A DNA stretch of 64,000 bases from NCBI GenBank assembly GCA_950097015.1, contig CATNEN010000039.1, forward strand, positions 8,370,001 through 8,434,000, read 5' to 3'. A program made the position numbers and the translations under genes. The notes below the pieces were generated by a model that worked only from the letters and a program-made list of their open reading frames with translations, was not told where the DNA came from and made no database searches. Shown here piece after piece: positions 1 to 11,604 of this stretch (positions are counted from its first letter, which is position 1; each line of letters opens with the position of its first letter). Origin of the DNA: Macrostomum hystrix. Lineage: Eukaryota; Animalia; Platyhelminthes.

Positions 1-395
1 CTCCTGCACACCTGGATGCTTGTACACACCTAGTCATGCTAGTAAACACCTGGTTATACTCCTGCACACCTGGATGCTTGTACACACCTAGTCATGCTTG
101 TAAACACCTGGTTATACTCCCGCACACCTGGATGCTTGTACACACCTAGTCATGCTAGTAAACAACTGGTTATACTCCTGCACATCTGGATGCTTGTACA
201 CACCTAGTCATGCTAGTAAACACCTGGTTATACTCCTGCACGCCTGGATGCTTGTACACACCTAGTCATGCTTGTACACACCTAGTCATGCTTGTACACA
301 CCTAGTCATGCTTGTACACACCTAGTCATGCTTGTACACACCTAGTCATGCTAGTGAACACCTGGTTATACTCCTGCACGCCTGGATGCTTGTAT
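1..395. repeat. Minisatellite, ~58-bp unit built from ~20-bp subunits (truncated by window edge)
   Basis: Repeats of CTCCTGCACACCTGGATGCTTGTACACACCTAGTCATGCTAGTAAACACCTGGTTATA. The 20-bp subunit CTTGTACACACCTAGTCATG is separately amplified at ~250-350. Confidence 0.95.
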
Positions 396-754
396 GCTTT
401 ATGCGATATGGGTATCAAATCTTGCTGCACGCATTATAAGTAAAATAATTGGAAATTAAACTGGAACCGATGCATTTAAAGTCAAACAATTTAATATTTT
501 TATGATAGACAGGCATCATATTTTCTGCACCATGTAGCTATTTTAATAATTTCAGGAAAATATGAAACAATGAGCTGGCCGCATCATAATGACTCTCTTT
601 ATCTATTGGGTCTTGGGTCTGCCTACTGCCTGGTGAAAGAACCAAAGAACAGCAAAAAACTTTTTTAGGTGACAGAGACTGTCGTAGCGTTGTTGCGGGT
701 GATAAACTCTGAAAATCTAACTTGCAATATCCTTCTTTACAAATGTAGTAAGCA

Positions 755-755
<1 letters not shown>

Positions 756-792
<37 letters not shown>

Positions 793-853
793 CGAGTAAG
801 TAAGTAAGCAAGCAAGTAAGTAAGTAAGTAAGTAGGTAAGTAAGTAAGTAAGC

Positions 854-888
<35 letters not shown>

Positions 889-997
889 CAAGTAAGTAAG
901 TAAGTAAGTAAGCAAGTAAGCAAGCAAGTAAGTAAGTAAGTAAGTAAGTAAGCAAGTAAGCAAGCAAGTAAGTAAGTAAGTGAGTAAGTAAGTAAGC

Positions 998-1076
<79 letters not shown>
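756..1076. repeat. (TAAG)n microsatellite with CAAG variants
   Basis: Directly visible; explains the spurious LTYL ORFs. Confidence 0.98.
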
Positions 1077-2007
1077 CGAGTATGTAAGTGTCTTAGGTAG
1101 ATACAAGGCTTGTTTATTGCTTGGAAGTTCACGGGGGTATATTAATTTAACTGAATTTCAACTCACAGCGTACCATAATGCATGCCTGCAGCGAAGCAAA
1201 ACTGAATTCTTATTTTAAGAACCTCTGTCGCGCTGTTGAATCGGTCTATGTTGATGCGTGATACAAAACTACATTCAGCCTACTTACATCAGTAGACAAG
1301 AAGCATATAATGGCTTGTTATTGTTAGTTATTTATAATATTGATCTTAAATTAAAATTTAAGATTTAATTTTTTTAATTTCATTAGTTCATTTTTTTGTT
1401 TTAACGGCTTTGCTTGCAATCTTCAAATATTTTATTCACCTAAAATTAATCTTATGCATGCTACTGTTTTTCTATCGCCGTTTTTATCAAATCGTTCAGC
1501 CTTGTTACCAACATCAAATAAACAAAAAATCAGCGCCCAATGGGCGTGCTCACTTCAATAAATAAATTAATAAATAAAATAATAGTAATAATCTTGCTCC
1601 AACTACTCCAACAAGTTATTGGCCATCATTGGGCATGTCAGGAAGCCTGAATTCGTTGTCTATTTTTTAATTAGCTTCAATTTTGGCACCAATCGTTGTG
1701 TACAATCGTTAGCATCGCAAACAATGTCACGTATCTCAGCAACCAGTGAGCACAATAGCTTGATCCGGAAACATTAGACCTTCGCTCAACTTACACACCT
1801 AAATTGATGCCTAACTATCATATACAATTGTCAATTTTGATGTTTGCAGTTCACAAACTTAGAACCCGAGGGTGAAATGTGTTTGCGAAGAGCGAAAGCT
1901 GCCTACAATGTCCCAGCCTGCGATGTCTGCGCAAATATAACCAGATGGTCACCGGGAAACTTGCTAGCGAAATTCGGCAACAGCTGCAACTGCATCATCC
2001 CAACGCC

Positions 2008-3306
2008 ATGGCCCAAAAACAGTGGTTCTGTTGGATTCTAGTCATGCTAGTCTGGCATTTTGGCCCAGTCACTAGCCAGGTGGACCACCTGTCAAACCTG
2101 ATCAAGTATCTAAAGAACACCACAGGCAATTTTCACGCGTTGATCACGCCAAAACTGAACCCGGTGGACAAAATCACCGTCAGGATGGACGCCGTGCTGA
2201 GCCAGATAGCCGCTGTTAACACGGTCAAGCAGACGATCCGAATCTCGGCCCTGCTTCAGGCACAGTGGGATGAGGAACGCCTGGTGTGGGATGAGAAAGC
2301 CTTCGGTAATGTCTCAGTTGTCAAATGGGAGGCTTCGCAGATTTGGATCCCAACAATAATGATCTACAATGGTATGGGAGACAACCAAGTTCTAACCCAG
2401 CAGGATCCAGTGAGTTTGAGGTCTTCAACACCCAACACGACGGTTGTGACAGCTCTCTGGCGCAGGGAGTTTGAGTTCTCCTGCAACTTTCCAGCCACCC
2501 ACTTTCCCATTGACGCGCACACATGCGAAATTTCTTTCTACTTCATAGACCCGGATCGCGGAAACGAGAAGATGCACCCCGAACTGAACTTGGTTAATCC
2601 TTACTACTCTCTGGCGGTCTATCAGAACAACAGCGAATGGAAGCTGGTCAATTTTTCCAAGTTCGCAGAGTATCGGTATTATCCAATGATTGAAGGCCTA
2701 GCACCCATCCGTATTCCGACTTTCGGACTGAAGCTGACCATCTGTCGACTGTCAAACTACTACTTCGCCAACATTATCGCGCCCCTGATTCTACTGACTA
2801 TACTGCAGGTGCTTGTGTACTTCGTACCGGTTGAGTCTGGGGAGAAGCTGGGCTTCGGCGTCACCATCATGCTCAGCTACATTGTGTTTCTGCTGTTGCT
2901 GGACGGAATTTTGCCAAAGTCGCAAGCACAGCCAGCCGTGGCGCTTTTCATCACATCGGTCATGATTATGTCGACGGTGTCGCTGCTTCTGACATCGCTG
3001 GTCATGCGCTTTCACTACACACCGCAGGACACTCCAATGCCAGCCTGGATCCAACTGGTTCTCGTTCGCTGCCTTGGTCGAATGCTCTGTGTGAGTGGCG
3101 CCGATGTACAGACTGCTCAAACATGTCCCGAGACCAGCCACTCCTGTGTCAGGAAGTCAGATGGGACAGCCCCGATCAGGTCTGACTGGATGGTGGCAGC
3201 CAAAGTCATCGAGAGACTCTTGGTAACAATAGGGGTGGCGGCCACTGCTGCAATCCTTGTGGCGTTCATTATTGTGCCCTACTGGCATTCTAATCGGCAC
3301 TGTTGA
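2008..3306 (+). CDS. Intronless Cys-loop ligand-gated ion channel subunit, divergent nAChR/5-HT3-like (copy 1)
   Basis: ATG 2008 gives signal peptide MAQKQWFCWILVMLVWHF. Shows W..ERL.W, WIPTIMIYN, Cys-loop CNFPATHFPIDAHTC and M1-M4 with M2 GEKLGFGVTIMLSYIVFLLLLDGILP. Confidence 0.93.
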   Translation: MAQKQWFCWILVMLVWHFGPVTSQVDHLSNLIKYLKNTTGNFHALITPKLNPVDKITVRMDAVLSQIAAVNTVKQTIRISALLQAQWDEERLVWDEKAFGNVSVVKWEASQIWIPTIMIYNGMGDNQVLTQQDPVSLRSSTPNTTVVTALWRREFEFSCNFPATHFPIDAHTCEISFYFIDPDRGNEKMHPELNLVNPYYSLAVYQNNSEWKLVNFSKFAEYRYYPMIEGLAPIRIPTFGLKLTICRLSNYYFANIIAPLILLTILQVLVYFVPVESGEKLGFGVTIMLSYIVFLLLLDGILPKSQAQPAVALFITSVMIMSTVSLLLTSLVMRFHYTPQDTPMPAWIQLVLVRCLGRMLCVSGADVQTAQTCPETSHSCVRKSDGTAPIRSDWMVAAKVIERLLVTIGVAATAAILVAFIIVPYWHSNRHC

Positions 3307-4249
3307 CCTAGCGAAAATCTAAATATTGGAATATTGGAACGTCTCTCGAAGCTGCTTGTCAATGATCATTGATGCAAATGATTTTGGAACTGACAATTCA
3401 CATTTGGAGAAAATGCTCGAAATTATCTACGAGTAGTAATCTCTTTAAAAAGAAAGTAGAAATGTAAAATAAACATACGAGCATATATAATACAGAAAAT
3501 AAAAGCCATTAAAATTCAAAAAAATTTTCTGAAGGATAATTAAGAAAGGCTAAATGACAACTTTATAGCCCCGATCGCTATTCCATTCCCACTGAAAGAC
3601 CCCCGCTGGCTGCAGAGCGGCCATAGACAATGTCGAACCCAGTTAGACTATTTTTTTACTCGTATGCACCCCGATTCGTATAAGATGTCTATGGCTCATG
3701 GTAGAGAGTGGCAAACGATTTGTACAGAGAGAGTGACACAGAGCATACAGGCCAAGTCAATAGTCTATTGCCACTCGCCGTGTCTTATTTTGTTTTACTC
3801 TTTTAATGGATACCTGAGGCAAGCAAAACCCAGACCAGAGAAAAAGAGCTGCTGTCGAAGCAACGTCAGCGTCTTGGACTGGAAAGCGAATCTGATTTCA
3901 GCTTATCTTTGCTAGCTTAGCATAGAGGAGTCAGGATGATTGGGAGGAAACCCAGTCCCCAGCAAGACGTCCGTCCAGAGCCCACACCATTCCAAACTCT
4001 TGGCTTGAGGTTCCTGACCCAGTTGGTTACGAATCGCATAGGATTGTGCAAATGAATGAATGCTGAAGCTATATATACTCGTAGAAGTCCACGCTCTGCC
4101 GGCATCGAGTATTCTCAGAGTGATTTGAAATCCGGCCATAGACGACAGAGTGCGAAAATCCGGGGTGCGGTTGAGTAGACCAGTAAAATAGTCAGCTAGA
4201 GGTTCAAATGTTGCGTCTCGACAGCAATGGGGCCAGGCTTCGAACCGTT

Positions 4250-4621
4250 AATAATAAAAAAATAATAATTGCAGGAGGGCTCCGGGCAATGGCACATCAT
4301 TTAGTGACACTAGACCCGCAGCCAGCGAGGAGGCAATTATTCCCATTTCGCTGACTCCTGAGCACACACGCACACAGATACTGTACGCAGGCATACACTG
4401 ATCACACAGATTTGTACATCTGCCCTAACTTTCTCATCGTCAGGCAGTGCACACTCTCACTGTGCCTTGGAGGTTGGCCCTCAAGGGCGTCAATTGCACG
4501 ACAAGCCCCCAAGCCTTCTCTCCGCGACTGCGCCCCAATAAATGTGGCCTCGCCGTGGAATCGAACTTAGGGACCGTGGTGCGAGAGGCAAACGCGATAA
4601 CCGCTCAGCCACCGACCCCCC
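4250..4621 (-). mobile_element. tRNA-derived SINE family A, full-length copy
   Basis: Minus strand begins GGGGTCGGTGGCTGAGCGG (A box) ... GTTCGATTCC (B box) and ends in an (ATT)n-like tail. About 10 related copies occur in the window. Confidence 0.85.
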
Positions 4622-5927
4622 TGGCGTCGAATCGTTTGCTCCGGTCGGCATATTTCAGAACCTTCCGGGGTCTGCTTGGTCGGCTGCAGAAAAAGCGCAC
4701 AAACTTTGCGCAGGTACGAATGAAGATCGCCTCTGATGAGTGTCTTACATGTAGTACTGCAACAATTGACTTCTATACTTCCTGTACCTAAGAATCACTC
4801 AAAACTTCCAGATTCCTCGCAGGTTCCTCCTCTTGGAGACTTCTTGTTCTTCTATTCGTGCTCTATCGACTCACCTCTCTTTGATGCCCTGTGAAGAGTC
4901 GATTTCTCAAAAAGTCTCTTGTATTTATAGTTTTTTGACGGAACCACCTGTCAAGATCCTTTTCTTTGATGAGTCTTGATGAGTCTGACAGGTCTGATAA
5001 GTCCATGATGTCAAGGTTGTCACTTGTACTTAGTGACTCTTTATTCTTGCAAGGGAAGGTGACGGATGATGGACGATTTAACATAATGGATGACATGTCT
5101 ATAATTGTGTCTTGCCACTCTCATTGTCGGCGGGTTCCTTTGATCTATCTTATCATGACTGATTGACAATTGATTAGTTAAATTAAAAATATGATTGACA
5201 ATTGAAGATTGGTTTATACCGTAATCTTTGCTTTATGCGCATGATGTACTACTATATACTCTTAAGAGTAGAATAGTATGGAATTTTGATGCTATTTTAC
5301 GTTACTCTACAGTTCCACAGGCCAACAGCTAGACCTGCTCGAAGGCTGCCGCGATTCAAGTGCTGGGACGAGGAACCGCTGGGTTTGAGCACAGAGTTGC
5401 TTCGCGTCCCACACAAATATTTTCTTCCGAATGGAGCTTATAATCTCGATTGTGCTGTTGTTAGTTGTAAACAATTGGCATGCCTTGGAGATCGTTGATT
5501 TGTGAAAGCAAATCGCATTCACCTGATCTACCACACGTTTTGACCGTCTCCGGATTATTTTTATGGTACTTGAGGTAATAGCTCACAAAGCAAACTTAAT
5601 TTAGGACCTAAACAGTGTTGGTTCCGAATTAGTATTCTAAAAGCACACGGCACTTCCAACAAACTCAATTATCTGCTCTCATAATTCAACTCAATCATAA
5701 TTATTCGCTTAGCTCGGCTGGTTATGACAGTATGACAGAATGACCGGCGATGACAGAAGTGTTTGCACTTCGGGAACTGCTCAGAGTCAGTGAGAGGCTT
5801 TCATCAATCAGAGCCTGTACTCTGTTGGCCAAGCAAACAATCAGGTCCAACATAATGAAGCACAACTCAATCCAATTTGCTGCCTAGAAACCAATCTCGA
5901 CAATAGAGTCTCTAATTAGTTACGGTC

Positions 5928-5962
5928 TATTTAAAGTGCCGCGGATCTTTGCAGAATCACTC
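5928..5962 (+). promoter_or_regulatory. Candidate TATA box and initiator of channel copy 2
   Basis: TATTTAAA at 5928 and TCACTC about 29 bp downstream, ahead of ATG 5989. A similar TATTTAAG lies at ~11510 before copy 4. Confidence 0.45.
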
Positions 5963-5988
5963 ATGCGGGGGCGCAGCAGTGGCTGAAA

Positions 5989-7302
5989 ATGAAGCCCGTT
6001 GTCTTCATAGTTTGCTTTATTTTTCTCTGTGCGACTGTCATTTGCAATTGTCAAGACTATGAAAGTGACTTGAATTTCTACCTGAAGAACAACATTAGTA
6101 ACTTTAGTCCCAATCTGCTGCCGAGGACTAACAAGGACAAGGCAATCTACGTCGACATGGAGGCGATGCTAGGTCAGATTGTGGCAGTGGACACGGCAAA
6201 GCAAAGCGTAAAGATCTCCGCATTCCTTCAAGCCACCTGGGAGGAGGAAAGGCTTGTGTGGGATCCGGCGCGTTTCGGCGGTGTCTTCGTGCTTAACTGG
6301 GACTCGTCGAACATCTGGTTTCCGATAATAATAGTCTACAATGGCGTTGGGGACAGTCAAATTTTGTCATCGCAGCTACCTGTAAATCTGATCTCGCTTT
6401 CGCCAAATAAGACGCTGGTCACAGCAAACTGGCGACGTGAGCTTGAGTTCTCATGCAGTTTCGATATGTCGAGATTTCCCACAGATGAGCACACGTGCGA
6501 GTTGGAGTTTTTCTTCAGTGATCAAGGACGAGGAAACTTCATGGTAATGCCACGAACGAAAGCTAATTTCTCAATGAATGTGACCGCACTTTATAGACAA
6601 AATAGCGAGTGGACATTGCTAAATGTATCCTCTTTTGCGGTGGTGAAAAAATACTACCTCGTGCGAGGAGTGCCAGACCAGCAGTCGTTACCAATGTACA
6701 TCATTCACCTGGAATTTCGGCGACTTTCCAAGTACTATATGCTCAACGTCATCACTCCGCTACTGCTGTTGACCCTCCTGCAAGTGCTCGTGTACTTTGT
6801 GCCCTTGGAGTGCGGCGAGAAGCTGGGATTCGGCATCACCATCATGCTGAGCTACACGGTGTTTCTGCTGCTGCTGGACGGGATATTGCCCAAATCACAA
6901 TCGATGCCTGCGATCGCTTCATTTATCGTGGCGGCAATGATTTTGTCAACAGTGTCGCTGCTTCTGACGTCGCTGATCATGCGCTTCCATTTCGCCCCCG
7001 ATGGGACCCAGATGCCCGACTGCGCGCGCGCCGTCTTCGTGAGATTTCTTGGCCGGCTTTTCTGCGTCAGAGGAGCTGCCGCAGTCCACGTCAACCCGGT
7101 AGAAGCGGACGCCGCGGTGAGCGAAAGGAGCATCAGGAAGCTGGATGATAAGAAAGAGCCGGCTGAGCCTAAGAGATCAGACTGGGTGGTGGCAGCGCAC
7201 GCAGTTGAGAGGCTCATGGTGGCACTGGGTGTTGTCGCCACTGCTGCCATAATCGGGGTGTTTGTATTGAAGCCGATTGCAGAGCAGCCACAAAACTACT
7301 GA
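5989..7302 (+). CDS. Intronless Cys-loop ligand-gated ion channel subunit (copy 2)
   Basis: Signal peptide, Cys-loop CSFDMSRFPTDEHTC, M2 GEKLGFGITIMLSYTVFLLLLDGILP, four TM segments. Confidence 0.95.
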   Translation: MKPVVFIVCFIFLCATVICNCQDYESDLNFYLKNNISNFSPNLLPRTNKDKAIYVDMEAMLGQIVAVDTAKQSVKISAFLQATWEEERLVWDPARFGGVFVLNWDSSNIWFPIIIVYNGVGDSQILSSQLPVNLISLSPNKTLVTANWRRELEFSCSFDMSRFPTDEHTCELEFFFSDQGRGNFMVMPRTKANFSMNVTALYRQNSEWTLLNVSSFAVVKKYYLVRGVPDQQSLPMYIIHLEFRRLSKYYMLNVITPLLLLTLLQVLVYFVPLECGEKLGFGITIMLSYTVFLLLLDGILPKSQSMPAIASFIVAAMILSTVSLLLTSLIMRFHFAPDGTQMPDCARAVFVRFLGRLFCVRGAAAVHVNPVEADAAVSERSIRKLDDKKEPAEPKRSDWVVAAHAVERLMVALGVVATAAIIGVFVLKPIAEQPQNY

Positions 7303-8259
7303 CTGAAATCGCTGATGGCCAACAGTTAAATTTTAGCTTACTGAGCAGTCATATTCCATCGTCTGGCTTTTCATATCCCAGTCGGTATGCAAAAATGCAT
7401 ATATGGTTGGTAGCACTATCAAATCGACCTTGAAAAATCTCTACTTTTAAGGAAGGAATTAAAGGAGTTTATATTTTTCGTCTACCTTAAAAAAAGCACA
7501 ATTTTAAAACCGTAGTTAATGCACAATTTGTTTAAACGCTACTTAAATGCCGCTTGTTCTATTGGTAATATTTAAGAAATGGTTCTGCCGTTCTACAAAG
7601 CTTGCGTTTAAATTTCCGAGATAGGAGCGAGGCAAAACTTTTCCTGCAAAAGCTTTGTAGTACAACCCCTGGATTTTTTCTCTACTGGTTCTAATTAATC
7701 TACATATTGTTCTGCGATATTATAAGACTTATAAAACATTTATAAAAATGCGCTAAATAATTCACTGAATAAAAGAAATTTTTTGCTCGACCGATATTTT
7801 ATATTATCCTGTTTGTGATACTCGGTTGAACACAGAATAAATGAAAGTTATATAAATCATCTCAGATTCAGCAGTTTAGAACTTGTATCCTAACCGCTAA
7901 ATTTACTATTGATGTAGCTATCTATTAAATTTATTGAATAAACAAACTCTGATTCAATTTAATTAGAATGGATTTCTTCCTGAAGCAAAAATCCATTTCC
8001 ACCAAAGGTTTCTCGAATCAATCTTTTTCGATGAGCAAATCGATGAGTTTCTGCCTTGCATGAGAAGGCGACTGTATCCGAACACCGTCCCCTTTATCTT
8101 CTCATTGTTGAGAAGAAGGGCTAACGTCGGCGGGCAAAAGGCACCCCTTGTGCCGTTCTCGAATCAGACTGGATGTTGGCGTTTCGATTTATCGAGAGAT
8201 TTTCTCGCAATCTCTGGTACTGCTGCTGCGTGTTGATTATTGGCGAATTTATTGTGCGG

Positions 8260-8460
8260 AGGGGTTGTAGCCTTGTAGTTAGAGCGTCAGACTCATTACT
8301 TAAAGGTCCGAGGTTCGATTCCCGGACTCCGCTGGAACAATTTGTGTCCTTTAGCAAGACACTGAACTCTGCATTGCTTCAGTTCACCCAGCTGTTTAAA
8401 GAGTACCTGCATTAGCTGGGGTAATTGAGGGTGCGTGGCGTCCCCTCAGTCCATGGACCG
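8260..8460 (+). mobile_element. tRNA-derived SINE family B (CORE-like middle)
   Basis: GGGGTTGTAGCC..AGTTAGAGCG (A box) and GGTTCGATTCCC (B box), then TGTGTCCTTTAGCAAGACACTGAACTC. Homologous copies at ~36.5, 41.7 and 52.5 kb. Confidence 0.8.
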
Positions 8461-9014
8461 GCCATCGATTTCAATCGACGATCGGCATTACATGCGCACT
8501 GTGGAAAAAGACGATCATGCATGTCACAAATGCAATCTACACAGCCCATTTACTGATATAATTTATACTAGCTACCCCATTCCGCAGATTCATTTGCGGA
8601 TTGTCAATAGCAGCGAAACTAAATACTGCACGCTTCGTTGCTGGGCATACATAATTGATTACTGAGCTAACAGAAGCCGGCTCAACATGAGCAGGTGCGC
8701 CAATAGCTTAGAGAGAGCCATTGTGTAATGAGAAAATTTAACGAAAAAGAAGCCAGAGAATCAGCGGAAGCTGTTATCGGAAAAAAATTAGAAAGTTCTC
8801 AGGTTGCTTAGATACTAATATAATCAACTTCGCAAGTGACCCTGAGGGTGACCGGAGAATGCCTTGGATTGGCTGTCGCTTTTTAATTAGTTAGATGAAA
8901 TGAGTGGTGAAGCGGTGCATCCGACCCTTACACTGAGCTCCATGAGTTCGATTACGAGGCGAGACCACATTGATTAGGGACCCAAACGCGCATAGAAGGC
9001 TTTGGGCTCATTGT

Positions 9015-9176
9015 ACAATTGCCTTGGAGGTTGGCCCTCAAGGGCGTAAATTGCACGACAAGCCCCGAGCCTTCTCTCCGCGGCTGCGCCCCAAATGAAT
9101 GCAGCCACATTTTGGAATCGGGCTCAGGGACCTTGTGCGAGAGGCAAACGCGATAGACCGCTCTGCCACTCACCCT
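9015..9176 (-). mobile_element. SINE family A, 5' half
   Basis: Homologous to 4460-4620. Confidence 0.8.
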
Positions 9177-9790
9177 CACCTCAGTGACAATCAGGTCCGA
9201 AGCGATCCGCTGTGACCATTAGTGGCTCGGTATTGGGCAGTGCCTCGCCACCATCTGTACATGGGTCGATGCCATGGTCGATGCCATGACAAAGGCATGG
9301 TTTGATTTGAAATCAAAGGCACTATTTCAAAATAATTTATGCACTGTAATTTTTCACAGCTGCTTTACTATGTCACTTCAATTATGATTTAGATCGCGTT
9401 AACTTCCATTAACTTCCCGTTAACTTTCCAACGAGGGCTGGGAAATTAAAATGGTTTACCCAAAACCAAACAAAAGGCTAGCCGGAATGCAAACAAATTT
9501 GCTCTGCTCAACGGGTCCAGAATTTCTCTGCGATAAGCAGATAAGCAGACTGAGATAAGCAAATGGAAAACCTCACCTGCTCTCAACGAAGTCATCCATT
9601 TCCGTGCTGCTAGAGGTATTTATTTTTTTCACACTAGTGGCTAATGTCATGTCAAACCATGCAGCTATTCAGGGCCTGGTGGATCAATTAACATGGCAAA
9701 TATAGCTAGAAAGAATTAAAATGGGCTGATACAATAAACGCAGTAAAATTAACTCCAAAACTGCGGCCACGAGAAGACACAGAATTGAAA

Positions 9791-11077
9791 ATGTTCGCCT
9801 TTGCACTGCCGTTAACGCTGATTCTGCTGTCTGTTCCGACAAACGCATCGACAGTTGACTTCGATGCCAAACTCCTGCAACACCTGAGAGGCATCGCCGA
9901 GCACAGTCCCCTGCTGCTACCAAAGCTAAACAGGACGGAGACAGTCAACATAACCATGGACGCCTTGGTGAGTCACATAGTCTCAGTTGACACAGCCAAG
10001 CAAAGCTTGAAAATCTCAGCCTACATCGAAGCCAAATGGGAGGAAGAGCGCCTCGTGTGGAGACGAAGCGACTTTGACAACATCACTTCGACTCGGTGGG
10101 AGGCAGCGCAGATTTGGTACCCAATCATTATGGTGTACAATGGAAACGGCGATAACCAGGTCCTAGTGCCGCAATCGCATGTCGTGTTAGCGTCCCAGAA
10201 TGAAAAACTGTCAGTTGTCGTAGCGTTCTGGCGCCGAGAGTTTGAGTTCTTTTGCAATTTTGATATGGCAGATTTTCCTTACGATCGACACTTCTGCGAA
10301 CTCCAATTCTTCTTCTATGATGAGGGCTATGTTACACAATTACAACCTGTGATCAGCGCCAATCACTTCGATTTGCTCGCAGTTTACCAGGCGAGTAACG
10401 AGTGGATCCTTGAAAATGCGAAGCCAGACGTTCTAAGGAAAAATTACACAATTTTTCTTGGCAGCGATACGACGGAAGCTCGGATCTACAGAATTAAGTT
10501 GGAAATCAGGCGGGTCTCAACTTATTATTTAATCAACATTATAATTCCCCTGCTGCTGCTGACTCTGTTGCAACTGCTCATGTATATCGTGCCCCTGGGG
10601 TCTGGAGAGAGACTGGGTTTCGGCATCACAATCATGCTCAGCTACACCGTGTTCCTTCTGCTGCTGGATGGTATCCTGCCAAAGTCGAAAAAATTGCCGG
10701 CCATTGCGCTGTTTATCACTTCGGCTATGATTGTATCAACGGTCTCGCTGTTGTTGACGTCTCTCACAATGCGCTTTCATTACATGCCGGCTGGAGCCCA
10801 AATGCCGGCGTTCGTTAGAGTGGTCATCGTTCGCTTCTTGGGTCGACTGTTTTGTGCCAGCGGAGGCTCATCATTGCGGGTGGGTCGGGCTCCAGATGAC
10901 GGGGTGTTGAAGGTCAGGGAAGCCGGAGCGCCAGAAGCTGAGGGAGAAGTCCTGCGCCCGAATGTCGAGTCAGACTGGATAGTGGCAACCCGCGTCATCG
11001 AGCGTTTTCTGGCCCTGTTTGGAGTTGTCGCTACTGCCACTATAATCGGCGTTTTCTTACTGAAGCCTTACGCCTAA
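9791..11077 (+). CDS. Intronless Cys-loop ligand-gated ion channel subunit (copy 3)
   Basis: ATG 9791 gives signal peptide MFAFALPLTLILLS. Cys-loop CNFDMADFPYDRHFC; M2 GERLGFGITIMLSYTVFLLLLDGILP. Confidence 0.94.
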   Translation: MFAFALPLTLILLSVPTNASTVDFDAKLLQHLRGIAEHSPLLLPKLNRTETVNITMDALVSHIVSVDTAKQSLKISAYIEAKWEEERLVWRRSDFDNITSTRWEAAQIWYPIIMVYNGNGDNQVLVPQSHVVLASQNEKLSVVVAFWRREFEFFCNFDMADFPYDRHFCELQFFFYDEGYVTQLQPVISANHFDLLAVYQASNEWILENAKPDVLRKNYTIFLGSDTTEARIYRIKLEIRRVSTYYLINIIIPLLLLTLLQLLMYIVPLGSGERLGFGITIMLSYTVFLLLLDGILPKSKKLPAIALFITSAMIVSTVSLLLTSLTMRFHYMPAGAQMPAFVRVVIVRFLGRLFCASGGSSLRVGRAPDDGVLKVREAGAPEAEGEVLRPNVESDWIVATRVIERFLALFGVVATATIIGVFLLKPYA

Positions 11078-11604
11078 ATGACGAGATATTTGCCTATTCA
11101 AGTTTCTTAACTATTAACTATTTTGGGGTCCAAAGTCGTACATCACGTCTTATTGGATAACCTTCTTATCTTATACAATCTATACAACAGAATTGAAATA
11201 TGTGAAACACGCAAAGTTATTAAGTGCAAACTACGAGCTAGATCTGATAGCAGCTCGTACGATCTCAATCTTCGAATGTGTTTTAGAATATTCTGAATAT
11301 TTTTCTGACTGTCTGACATTGGAATAAAATACGTTTTTAACCAAATTGTGTGAGTAGCAGTAGCAGTAGCAATGGTACTATTAGTCAAGAAGCTCAAATA
11401 GTTGTCCAACGACTCGCAGGCTTGAACTATTTTGGACTATAACCAACAGAAAACCACTAGACTTGCCATTGGCCCACTGCAGCAAGGATAGCAGAGCAGA
11501 CGGAGAGCTTATTTAAGGGAGAGAACTAAATCTGACGCTGAGCAAAACTGAAAAGTGCCGCAGCTGCAACTTTATTGAATTTGTTCATCGACTCGCTGAA
11601 AACA

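Noticed and set aside
538-1132. LTYL-repeat ORFs
   Set aside because: Translation artefacts of the (TAAG)n microsatellite.
2038-2052. 14-nt match (CTAGTCATGCTAGT) between channel copy 1 signal-peptide DNA and the minisatellite at 1-395
   Set aside because: Short and semi-palindromic with no flanking similarity; probably chance.
8260-8335. Possible tRNA gene (also at 36710-36786, 52705-52781 and the SINE A heads)
   Set aside because: The A/B boxes continue into a shared non-tRNA body in multiple diverged copies, so these are SINE heads.
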